A stretch of 64,000 bases of DNA from Macrostomum lignano (lineage: Eukaryota), in the NCBI GenBank assembly GCA_002269645.1, contig NIVC01000632.1, forward strand, positions 310,001 to 374,000. Reading direction: 5' to 3'. This document shows, piece after piece, positions 1 through 11,899 of this stretch (its first letter is position 1; every line of letters begins with the position of its first letter). Position numbers and translations under genes: made by a program. The notes beneath the pieces were generated by a model that did not search any database, had not been told where the DNA came from, and saw nothing but the letters and a program-made list of their open reading frames with translations.

Positions 1-99
1 ACTGTTAAATTTTAATTACACAAACCTATGACTTGGGACCAGACCGTTACCTTACTTCTGCTTGTTTTTTATTGTAAGCCTTAGCGGCCAATCACGGTT

Positions 100-505
100 C
101 CTGCCAACCTGCACCCTCACCCACCCATCGCCTACCCCACACTCCACCCCACACTCCACCCCACACTCCACCCCACACTCCAACCCACACTCCACCCCAC
201 ACTCCACCCAATACTCCAACCCACATGTGGACCAAATACTCCACCCCACACTCCACCCAATAGTCTACCCCACACTCCACCCCGTATGCTCCACCCCATA
301 CTCCACCCAATACTCTAACCCACACTCCACCCCACATTCCATCCAATACTCCACCCCACACTCCACCCCACACTCCACCCAATACTCCAACCCACACTCC
401 ACCCCACACTCCACCCCACACTCTACCCCACATTATACCCCACACTATACCCCACACTCCACCCCACACTCTACCTCACACTCCACCCCACACTCTACCC
501 CACAC
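100..505. repeat. 12-bp minisatellite (CCCCACACTCCA)
   Basis: Direct inspection; source of the TPHS and CGVE ORF artefacts. Confidence 0.9.
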
Positions 506-979
506 GTCACCCGAGGCTCCGTTGCAGCAATCAGCTCATTCACTGACGTATTTTCAACGGTTCTGTCTGTAGGTTTTCAAGCGCAATCATTGTTTTGTGT
601 TAACTAAAATGCTAACTAACTTGCGTTCCATGTGTTATCAACATGTTGCTCAAATATGCGTTTAATTGGTTTAAAATGCTATAATAAATCGATTGTATAA
701 TCTCCAATCAGAGTTTGTGTGCTTCTCTTGCTGCATGTGCAGTTAATCTTGAAATTTTGAGCTAACAGATTTTCAGGTATTCGATATTCATTTATTGTAA
801 GCGAGATGTAACAAATACCTGCTTTAAATATGTACATAGATTGTATATCTGTGATCATTCAACTCCATGCACTGCTATGCAATCAACTCTGCTTGAGAAT
901 ATATTGGATTACCGTGTTAAATATAATTATTCTGCTGCAATTAAGAAATTCATCTTTGTTGCTTTCTTATATTTTGCTT

Positions 980-1525
980 ACCTATGAGCAACCTTAATGA
1001 CCGTTTACATATGACCAATCTTAGTGACCGTTTAACTATGACCAATCTTAATGACCGTTTACCCATGACCAATCTCAATGACCGTTTTCCTATGATTATT
1101 AGTAGTGACCATTTACCTATGACCGATCTTAATGAATGTTTACCTATGACCAATCTTAATGACAGTTTACCTATGACCAATCTTAATGAATGTTTACCTA
1201 TGACCAATCTTAATGACAGTTTACCTATGACCAATCTTAATGACCGTTTACATATGACCAATCTTAATGACAGTTTACCTATGACCAATCTTAATGACCG
1301 TTTACATATGACCAATCTTAGTGACCGTTTAACTATGACCTATCACCCATGACCAATCTTAATGACCGTTTTCCTATGATTATTAGTAGTGACCATTTAC
1401 CTATGACCAATCTTAATGACCGTTTACCTATGACCAATCTTAATTACCGTTTACCTATGACCAATCTTAATTACCGTTTACCTATGACCACTCTTAATAA
1501 CCGTTTACCTATGACCAATCTTGAT
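980..1525. repeat. 27-bp minisatellite (ATGACCAATCTTAATGACCGTTTACCT)
   Basis: Direct inspection; 9-aa periodicity in ORFs. Confidence 0.9.
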
Positions 1526-1719
1526 GATTGTAATATTTCTGTACTTATCATATGGCTTCAATGGCTATATTACCCACTCAAGTCAATGCCAAGAGCCGCA
1601 TAAAACCCCAAAGCAACCTTCGAAATTGCAGCCACCAGTTGCACCAGCCAATTCGCAGAAAAAACTAAACGAGCTATTATCAATATTTTGAGCTGCGCTA
1701 ATCTTCAAATTCGAACAGA

Positions 1720-4700
1720 ATGGCCGAAGCTCGAGTGGCCGTCTCGGAGCCGAAGCTGGCGGCTGGCCAGATGCAGGAGGGCCGGGACACCCTGCAGGAC
1801 GCTGTCAGAGCCTGGCGGAAGTCCCTGGTTCGAAGATTCTTCGCTACCAGGTGGGAGCTTTTTGCGTGGCAGATTTCTACTCTTAAGTCCTGTCAAATTG
1901 GATGAAGGAGACAGAGGGAGAGAGGGAGACACTGAGGGAAGAGGGAGACAGTGAGGGAAGAGGGAGACAGTGAGGGAAGAGATGGAGACAGTGGGGGAGA
2001 CAGTGAGGGAAGAGAGGGAGACAGTGAGGGAAGAGGGAGACAGTGAGGGAAGAGAGGGAGACAGTGAGGGAAGAGGGGGAGACAGAGGGGGAAGAGAGGG
2101 AGACAGTGAGGGAAGAGAGGGAGACAGTGAGGACAGTGAGGGAGACAGTGAGGGAAGAGAGGGAGACAGTGAGGGAGACAGTGAGGGAAGAGAGGGAGAC
2201 AGTGAGGGAGACAGTGAGGGAGACAGTGAGGGAGACAGTGGGGGAGACAGGACAGTGTGGGAGACAGTGAGGACAGTGGGGAGACAGTGAGGACAGTGGG
2301 GAGACAGTGAGGACAGTGGGGAGACAGTGAGGACAGTGGGGAGACAGTGAGGACAGTGAGGAGACAGTGAGGACAGTGGGAGTGTGTGGAAGGCAGATCA
2401 CATGCAGCCACATGCCCCACCCCGCAGGAACTCAATCTACAACGGGCTGTGGCCCACCCACATCTACAACCTGATGGTGACCACTGGCCTGGTGACCCTG
2501 CTGCTGTTCTGGCACCCGACCTGGGCTGGCGGCTTCACCAGCCGGCTGTGGCACCTGGCGGAAGTGTTGAACATCGGGGACTCGATTCCCTACACTATTC
2601 GAGTGCCGCTAGTTGCCATAGCATTCGGCCTGATATTCTTCATACTGCTGCTGTACCTGCGCAGGTACGCTCTGAGAGCGCTGCTGTCCTACAAAGGCTG
2701 GATGTACCAGCCGCCGAGGACGCAGAGCTGGACTACCCTGGCCTGGGGTCTGCTAGTGAAGATCGTGTCCGGCTACAAGCCCAGCACCTACTCATGCCAG
2801 GCCGCGCTGCCCAGGATGCCTGTTCCACCCCTCAGGCGGACTCTCGACCAGCTGATTGACAGCTTGACTCCGCTGTACGGCCAGGACAGCGGCCAGGTGC
2901 GAGACTTCAAACGGCAGGCGGCTGAATTTGAGAAATCCATCGGGTACAAATTGCAGCGGGTGCTGCAGCTGAAGTCCTGGTGGGCCCCCAACTATGTCAC
3001 GGATTGGTGGTGAGTGCGCGGACTGCTGTTCTGTGCCGTTTTTAGTTAACGGAATAGTAAATGATGCTGAGAGTTGGTGGAGGTGAGAGTGAACGGGGGT
3101 GAGAGTGAATGGGTGTGAGAGTGAATGGGGGTGAGAGTGAACGGGGGTGAGAGTGAATGGGGGTGAGAGTGAATGGGGGTGAGAGGAAATGGGTGTGAGA
3201 GTGAATGGGGGTGAGAGGGAATAAGTGTGAGAGTGAACGGGTGTGAGAGTGAACGGGTGTGAGAGTGAACGGGTGTGAGAGTGAATGGGGCTGAGAGTGA
3301 ATGGGGCTGAGAGTGAATGGGGGTGAGAGTGAATGTGGGTGAGAGTGAATGGGTTGAGAGTGAATGGAGTTAAAGAGTCACTGGGGGATGAGAGTGAATG
3401 GGGTGGGAGTAAATGGGGTGAGAGTGAATGGGTAAGAGTGAATGGGCTGAGAGTGAATGAGGGTGAGAATGAATGAAGTGAGAGGGAATGGAGGTAAGAG
3501 TCACTGAGGGATGAGAGTGAATGGGGTGAGTTTGATAGATGCTTTGAGTGAATAGGAATGTGAATTAGAATGAATTAGAATAAGGAGTTAGGATGAACAA
3601 CGTTGGGGGTTAGAGTTTATCGGGAAGAGTAAAGAGATGGGAGAACATACCTCTTTCCCAATTCCCAGGGAGAAATATGTCTACCTGATGAGCCGATCGC
3701 CACTGCCAATCAACAGCAATTATTACATCCTGGATCACAGCTACTTCAAGCCAACTTCAAATCCGGTAGCTCGGTAAGTGCACTTGAACTGGATTTTTGG
3801 TCGTGTGAACGGATTCGAACTTGGGACCTTCCGCGCATTAGAACGACGCGCTAGACCGCTAGGCTAGGGCCTCTCCTGTTCCTAGTATAGTTTTTGAATG
3901 GCTATAAAGCTGAATACCAATTGCTTCTTCACTCGCAGAGCCGGCTACATTGTGCATCACCTGTTGCGGGTGAAACGAATGCTTGACAGGGAGCAGATCG
4001 AGCCGCTCCTGATCCGCAGCACCATCCCGGTCTGCATGAGCCAGTACGAGAGGGCATTTTCAACTACAAGGTAAACCGAGAGACCCAGGTAGGCCATCTG
4101 TTTATTAAATAGTGCGTGTTACAAATTATTGTATAAAAATTGCAGAGTACCTGGAGAAGATATCGATGAACTGGTTCACTATCCGTCATCTAAGAGCAAG
4201 GTATTTATTTATTTAATCCTGGTTGTCCAATGCACCTTTGCCTATATTGGCTCTATTGCCGAAATCCATTTCAGCACATCATTGTCCTGTCATCCGGTCA
4301 CTACTACAAAGTGGACGTGTACGACTCTGATGGTGCGGTACTGTCTGCCAGAGTATTGGAGGACCTGTTCCAGTGGATTGTTGACGATTCCAAACAGCAC
4401 GAAAGTGGGTGCTCTTAGCAATGTTGTGTCTTCGTATACTTTTATTGCCGTCGAAATTGTGCTAAACCTCCAAACTCTCGTCCCCGAATGGAGAGGTTTG
4501 CTGAACAGCCAATCAGAACCCCCTCACCCACCCAACCTCCAAACTCTCGTCCCTTAATAGAGAGGTTTGCTGAACAGCCAATCAGAACCCCCTCACCCAC
4601 CCAACCTCCAAACTCTCGCCCCCTAATAGAGAGGTTTGCTGAACAGCCAATCAGAACCCCCTCACCCACCCAACCTCCAAACTCTCGTCCCCTAATAGAG

Positions 4701-7310
4701 AGGTTTGCTGAACAGCCAATCAGAACCCCCTCACCCACCCAACCTCCAAACTCTCGTCCCCTAATAGAGAGGTTTGCTAAACAGCCAATCAGAACTCGTC
4801 TCACCCACCCCACCTCTTAAATCTGGTCCCCTTATAGAGAAGTCCGTTGCACAGCCAATGAGAACCCCGCCCCGCCACCCGATTTGCAGTCAGCCAATCA
4901 GAATCGCGCCTTGCCGCCCTGACCGCTCTTGAACGAACGAAATGGGCGAAAATTCGACGCCAGCATTTCCTCGAATCCGAGGCTTCGGCAAACAAAGATT
5001 TCCTAGCAACGCTGGAGTCCGCCATCAACGTGGTGTCATTCTGCTCCGACCCGGTCTCCGACGACTTCAGCGAGCGCGGCAAGATGGGCCTGCACGGCAA
5101 CGGGAACAACATCTGGTTTGACAAGAACGCCAACCTGATCTTCTATCCTAGCGGTCGGTTCGCCGTCCACTGCGAGCACTCCTGGGCAGATGCGCCTGTG
5201 TTCGCCCACCTGATCGAATTCGTGTACACAGCCGAGGCTGCTAATCCGGACAAGATCTACGACTCTGTCGGCCGCTGCCTCCCGGACCCGGCCGCTCAAA
5301 AGCCGATCCGACAGCCCGAGCGACTGGTTTGGCGGTGCAGCGAATCGCTGGCCAATGAGATTGACGATGCCTACCAGTTTAGTCTGAAGGTGCGCTTCGT
5401 TTACTACTTACAGCTTACAGTCCAAATTTGTACATATTCAAATTTGTCAAGCTGAGCGAATCTATACGAGCCCAAATTTAAACATGCAATAGACTTGAGT
5501 CTTCGCAATGACAAAGTCCAGGTAAAGCAAATCACTTAACGTGTCGCCACACAAGCAAAAGTTAAGAAAGGGGGACGTCCAGACGGCATATAATAAATGC
5601 CAAAAAGGGGGAGGGGGAGAGAGCAGACGACAGCCAAGCCCAGCCCAGCCAATCAGCGCGTGGAAAAAGGTTATTGGAGAGAGAGACAATAAAGGGGCAG
5701 GGAGGACTGGCCAATCGGCCCGCAGAAAAGCTGGGGTGGGGAAACGCCTGATTGCCCCGGGTAGAGAGAGACGTCACGGCCCAGCCAATCGACTAACGAC
5801 TTCGGCCACCCACCCCACGCATATTAGTTTAAATTATAGAAGCAATTAAAATTATCATAGCTCAACACCGAGTAGGTTTTTATTTTAAATTTCGATATTC
5901 TAAAGACTAATCTTAAGTTCGCTACTTTACATGATGACGTAATCAGTAGTACATGTGGCGCAAATCAATATAATTTTTAAACTTACATTTTAAAATCGCA
6001 GAACAACGCCGATTTGGATTTGGTTGTGCGCGACTTCAACGAATACGGCAAAGGCGTCATCAAGTGCTTCAAAGTGAGCCCGGACGCTTACGTGCAGATG
6101 GTGCTGCACCTGGCTTATTACCGGATGCACGGCAAATTCGCTTTGACCTACGAGTCCTCAATGACCCGCCTGTTTCTGTGCGGCCGAACCGAAACTGTTC
6201 GCTCGCTGACGCAGAGCGCCTGCGACTTTGTGCTGGCAATGTGCGCCAAAGAGTGCGACTCGGGGTTGCGGATTCGGCTGCTGAGGAGGGCCGCCGATGA
6301 GCACCAGACCAGCTACCGGAATGCCATGGCCGGCTTGGGGTCCGTGCCTACACTCTGCTCGTCTAGCTGCCATCTGCCCGTCTATCTGCCACCTCCCTAT
6401 CTATCTGCCATCTACCCTTCTATCTGCCATCTCCCCGTCTATCTGCAACCTCTATATCTATCTGTCACCTCCCTATCTATCTGCCATCTCCTCATCTGCA
6501 ACCCACCCATCTATCTGTCATCTCCTCGTCTTTCTGTCATCTGCCTATCAATCTGCCACCTCCCCGTCTTTCTGCCATCTCCTCATCTATCTGCCACCTA
6601 CCCATCTATCTGCCATCTCCTCATCTGCAACCTACCCATCAATCTGCCACCTCCCCGTCTTTCTGCCATCTCCTCATCTATCTGCCACCTCCCTATCTAT
6701 CTGCCATCTCCTCATCTATCTGCCACCTACCCATCTATCTGCCACCTCCCTATCTATCTGCCATCTACCCTTCTATCTGCCATCTCCGCGTCTATCTGCA
6801 ACCTCTATATCTATCTGTCACCTCCCTATCTATCTGCTATCTTCTCATGTATCTGCCACCTCCCAATCTATCTGCCACCTCTCTATCTATCTGCCACCTC
6901 CCTATCTATCTGCCATCTCCCCCTCTATCTGCCGCAGATGCGACCGCCACCTATTCGCTCTGTACGTGATCGGCCGCGGCCTGGGCTACGAGTCGGAGTT
7001 CCTGAAGTCCACCCTGACCCTGCCATGGATCCTCAGCACCAGCCAGCAGCCGCAGCAGCAGCTGGCGGACACTCCCAGCTGTGATCTGCCCGAGTTCCGC
7101 GACTGCGTCAGTCCTGGCGGCGGTTTCGGCCCGGTGGCCGACCAGGGCTACGGCGTCTCCTACATGCTGGCGGGCGACTTCAGAATCTTCTTCCACGTGT
7201 CCAGCAAGCGGTCGGCTGCGGACACGGACTCCACCAGGTTCATGGACCACATCTACCAGGCGCTGCGGGATGTCAAGGCCCTGTTCGATGGGCACAGCAC
7301 TGCCGCCTAG
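1720..7310 (+). CDS. CPT1: Carnitine O-palmitoyltransferase 1; exons 1720-1850, 2428-3009, 3669-3773, 3939-4070, 4146-4200, 4275-4404, 4890-5389, 6002-6339, 6938-7310 (~781 aa)
   Basis: The spliced translation follows CPT1A throughout: MAEA N-terminus, two hydrophobic TM segments, WWEKYVYL..PINSNYY, catalytic HCEHSWADAP, SPDAYVQ, TYESSMTRLF..GRTETVRS (malonyl-CoA-sensitivity Met retained), GCDRHLFALY, LSTSQ and GGGFGPVADQGYGVSY. All introns are GT-AG with consistent phase; total 2346 nt = 782 codons. Confidence 0.95.
1905..2380. repeat. Purine-rich GGGAGACAGTGA-type repeat filling CPT1 intron 1
   Basis: Direct inspection. Confidence 0.9.
3080..3530. repeat. ~15-16-bp GAGAGTGAATGGGGGT repeat in CPT1 intron 2
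   Basis: Direct inspection. Confidence 0.85.
3797..3872 (-). mobile_element. tRNA-derived fragment (SINE head or tRNA pseudogene) in CPT1 intron 3
   Basis: Minus strand reads A-box TAGCCTAGCGG (3866-3856), then B-box-like AGTTCGAATCC (3821-3811) 34 nt later, ending CACACGACCA. The acceptor stem does not pair, so it is not a functional tRNA. Confidence 0.65.
4460..4810. repeat. 69-bp tandem repeat (~5 copies) in CPT1 intron 6
   Basis: 23-aa periodicity in ORF 4488-4820. Confidence 0.9.
6360..6930. repeat. CTATCTGCCACCTCC-type repeat filling CPT1 intron 8
   Basis: Direct inspection. Confidence 0.9.
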
Positions 7311-7369
7311 GGGTCCTTGAATTTGCTGTGTGACTTTGTCTGCTCGTAAGATCGGCCCTTAAAATTGAG

Positions 7370-8095
7370 TCAGCCCCATGCCTGCTCATAGAACCAGCCC
7401 CATGCCTGCTCATAGAACCAGCCCCATGCCTGCTCATAGAACCAGCCCCATACCTGCTCATAGAACCAGCCCCATACCTGCTCATAGAACAAGCCCCATG
7501 CCTGCTCATAGAACCAGCCCCATATCTGCTCATAGAACCAGCCCCATGCCTGCTCATAGAACCAGCCCCATGCCTGCTCATAGAACCAGCCCCATGCCTG
7601 CTCATAGAACCAGCCCAATGCCTGCTCATAGAACCAGCCCCATATCTGCTCATAGAACCAGCCCCATATCTGCTCATAGAACCAGCCCCATGCCTGCTCA
7701 TAGAACCAACCCCATACCTGCTCATAGAACCAGTCCCATATCTGCTCATAGAACCAGCCCCATGCCTGCTCATAGAACCAACCCCATACCTGCTCATAGA
7801 ACCAGTCCCATATCTGCTCATAGAACCAGCCCCATATCTGCTCATAGAACCAGCCCCATATCTGCTCATAGAACCAACCTCATATCTGCTCATAGAACCA
7901 GCCCCATATCTGCTAATAGAACCAACCCCATACCTGCTCATAGAAACAGTCCCATATCTGCTCTGCTCATAGAACCAGCCCCATACCTGCTCATAGAACC
8001 AGCCCCATATCTGCTCATAGAAACAGCCCCATATCTGCTCATAGAACCAGCCCCATGGTCTGCTCATAGAACCAGCCCCATGGTCTGCTCATAAG
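7370..8095. repeat. 24-bp minisatellite (CCAGCCCCATGCCTGCTCATAGAA) just 3' of the CPT1 stop
   Basis: 8-aa periodicity, ~30 copies. Confidence 0.9.
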
Positions 8096-8816
8096 ATCAG
8101 TCATAGATCTGCTCATAAAATTTGCTTTAAATCTAACCATTTACCGGAATTTCAACTTTTTACGAGCAAAATGTGTTATTGCGTCGACTACCGTCTTTGA
8201 TTACCAGATTATGTAATGTTTATATAAATCACAGTTTTAAGTTGGCACATGAATAACATTTTTCATCATTTACTATAAAGACATTCCCCTTTTATGAATA
8301 TCTACTGCTTAAATAAATCCCAAACTTTAAGCTTTAAAGCAAGAAATTTTTTTCTCTGTATTTCTTATTTTCATTTTGCCTCGTTTGCACCGCTACTGTT
8401 ATAAGTAGGCTGTTCGGCGTGTTGATTGCCTTTCTGTATTTGGTGACGGAGAAAGCTTTGACAAAAAAGGATTAGTTTTTTTTGCAACAAATCGGCAGCA
8501 TTTTATTGATTAGATTTTGTTGCATGACCAGTTCTCTGTTGTTCTCACTGTGTATTAATATTTAATTTGCTAACTGAAGAAAATCGAATTTTTTACACAA
8601 TTCGTCAGCAATTTCTTGCTATTTTAACATATTTTTAATAATACTTGCCTCAAAAATGTGTTACTTGCTTGCTACTGATCTCGTGTCATCAGTAGTATGA
8701 CTAGCTTAGCTTTTTCAATAGAAACTGTTACAGTTCTATCCACTTTTACTCGCTTAAAATTGATTTGCTTTACACCTATGCTGTACCACTTTCTTATTGT
8801 TACCCATTTACCCAGA

Positions 8817-11500
8817 GCAGTTTGAGGGGATTAGTGACAGTTTGAGGGGATTAGTGACAGTTTGAGGGGATTAGTGACAGTTTAAGGGGATTAGTGACAG
8901 TTTAAGGGGATTAGTGACAGTTTAAGGGGATTAGTGACAGTTTAAGGGATTAGTGACAGTTTAAGGGGATTAGTGACAGTTTGAGGGGATTAGTGACAGT
9001 TTAAGGGGATTAGTGACAGTTTAAGGGGATTAGTGACAGTTTGAGGGGATTAGTGACAGTTTAAGGGGATTAGTGACAGTTTAAGGGGATTAGTGACAGT
9101 TTAAGGGGATTAGTGACAGTTTGAGGGGATTAGTGACAGTTTGAGGGGATTAGTGACAGTTTGAGGGGATTAGTGACAGTTTAAGGGGATTAGTGACAGT
9201 TTAAGGGATTAGTGACAGTTTGAGGGGATTAGTGACAGTTTGAGGGGATTAGTGACAGTTTGAGGGGATCAGTGACAGTTTAAGGGGATTAGTGACAGTT
9301 TGAGGGGATTAGTGACAGTTTGAGGGGATTAGTGACAGTTTGAGGGGATTAGTGACAGTTTGAGGGGATTAGTGACAGTTTGAGGGGATTAGTGACAGTT
9401 TGAGGGGATTAGTGACAGTTTGAGGGGATTAGAGACAGTTTGAGGGGATCAGTGACAGTGTGAGGGGATTAGTGACAGTTTGAGGGGATCAGTGACAGTT
9501 TGAGGGGATTAGTGACAGTTTGAGGGGACTAGTGACAGTTTGAGGGGATTAGTGACAGTTTGAGGGGATTAGTGACAGTTTGAGGGGATTAGTGACAGTT
9601 TGAGGGGATTAGTGACAGTTTGAGGGGATCAGTGACAGTTTGAGGGGATTAGTGACAGTTTGAGGGGATCAGTGACAGTGTGAGGGGATTAGTGACAGTT
9701 TGAGGGGATCAGTGACAGTTTGAGGGGATTAGTGACAGTTTGAGGGGATCAGTGACAGTGTGAGGGGATTAGTGACAGTTTGAGGGGATCAGTGACAGTG
9801 TGAGGGGATTAGTGACAGTTTGAGGGGATTAGTGACAGTTTGAGGGGATTAGTGACAGTTTAAGGGGATTAGTGACAGTTTAAGGGGATTAGTGACAGTT
9901 TGAGGGGATTAGTGACAGTTTAAGGGGATTAGTGACAGTTTAAGGGGATTAGTGACAGTTTAAGGGGATTAGTGACAGTTTGAGGGGATTAGTGACAGTT
10001 TGAGGGGATTAGTGACAGTTTGAGGGGATTAGTGACAGTTTAAGGGGATTAGTGACAGTTTAAGGGGATTAGTGACAGTTTAAGGGGATTAGTGACAGTT
10101 TAAGGGGATTAGTGACAGTTTAAGGGGATTAGTGACAGTTTGAGGGGATTAGTGACAGTTTAAGGGGATTAGTGACAGTTTAAGGGGATTAGTGACAGTT
10201 TGAGGGGATTAGTGACAGTTTAAGGGGATTAGTGACAGTTTAAGGGGATTAGTGACAGTTTAAGGGGATTAGTGACAGTTTGAGGGGATTAGTGACAGTT
10301 TGAGGGGATTAGTGACAGTTTGAGGGGATTAGTGACAGTTTAAGGGGATTAGTGACAGTTTAAGGGGATTAGTGACAGTTTGAGGGGATTAGTGACAGTT
10401 TGAGGGGATTAGTGACAGTTTGAGGGGATCAGTGACAGTTTAAGGGGATTAGTGACAGTTTGAGGGGATTAGTGACAGTTTGAGGGATTAGTGACAGTTT
10501 GAGGGGATTAGTGACAGTTTGAGGGGATTAGTGACAGTTTGAGGGGATTAGTGACAGTTTGAGGGGATTAGTGACAGTTTGAGGGGATTAGAGACAGTTT
10601 GAGGGGATCAGTGACAGTGTGAGGGGATTAGTGACAGTTTGAGGGGATCAGTGACAGTTTGAGGGGATTAGTGACAGTTTGAGGGGACTAGTGACAGTTT
10701 GAGGGATTAGTGACAGTTTGAGGGGATTAGTGACAGTTTGAGGGGATTAGTGACAGTTTGAGGGGATTAGTGACAGTTTGAGGGGATCAGTGACAGTTTG
10801 AGGGGATTAGTGACAGTTTGAGGGGATCAGTGACAGTGTGAGGGGATTAGTGACAGTTTGAGGGGATCAGTGACAGTTTGAGGGGATCAGTGACAGTGTG
10901 AGGGGATTAGTGACAGTTTGAGGGGATCAGTGACAGTGTGAGGGGATTAGTGACAGTTTGAGGGGATTAGTGACAGTTTGAGGGGATTAGTGACAGTTTG
11001 AGGAGCTTAGGTAGAGTTTGAGGGGACTAGTGACAGTTTGAGGAGCTTAGGTAGAGTTTGAGGGGACTAGTGACAGTTTGAGGGGATTAGTGACAGTTTG
11101 AGGGGATTAGTGACAGTTTGAGGGGATTAGTGACAGTTTGAGAGGATTAGTGACAGTTTAAGGGGATTAGTGACAGTTTGAGGAGCTTAGGTAGAGTTTG
11201 AGGGGACTAGTGACAGTTTGAGGAGCTTAGGTAGAGTTTGAGGGGACTAGTGACAGTTTGAGGGGATTAGTGACAGTTTGAGGGGATTAGTGACAGTTTG
11301 AGGGGATCAGTGACAGTTTGAGGGGATTAGTGACAGTTTGATGGGATCAGTGACAGTGTGAGGGGATTAGTGACAGTTTGAGGGGATTAGTGACAGTTTG
11401 AGGGGATCAGTGACAGTGTGAGGGGATTAGTGACAGTTTGAGGGGATTAGTGACAGTTTGAGGGGATTAGTGACAGTGTGAGGGGATTAGTGATAGTTCT
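8817..11500. repeat. 20-bp satellite (TTTGAGGGGATTAGTGACAG), ~2.7 kb
   Basis: Direct inspection. Confidence 0.95.
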
Positions 11501-11899
11501 GGAGAATCAGTTGAAGTTAAAGTGTATTAAAGCAGTTATAGAAATGTGTTTTGTTTCTTGCTGTAGAAATTAGATTTGCCTAGACCTTAACTGCACTGCA
11601 AACCCACAAAGCCTGTTGTTACAATATCAAGTGCACTAGCTTGCAATGTTCTTGCAATTGCTAATAAATCAAAGCTGAAATTTGTAGACTGCAGCGCAGA
11701 AATGGTTCAATTATTTATTTTTCATTACGTCAGGCAAGTATTGTGAGGCAAACTGACCCAGAACATGCTCTGTAAAGTCCCCCTCTTCTTTTCTTCCCTA
11801 TCTTACGCGCATTCTTCAGTCCTTTTTGTTTTTTGCTTCTACAGACTGACAGTAGGAACACCAAAGCGTTTTTCCCCATTTTACCAGTTGCCTGGTGTC

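Noticed and set aside
6014-7084. 356-aa ORF as a single protein
   Set aside because: It is CPT1 exon 8 read through a stop-free intron; the conserved AMAGLG|CDRHLF join requires the 6340-6937 intron.
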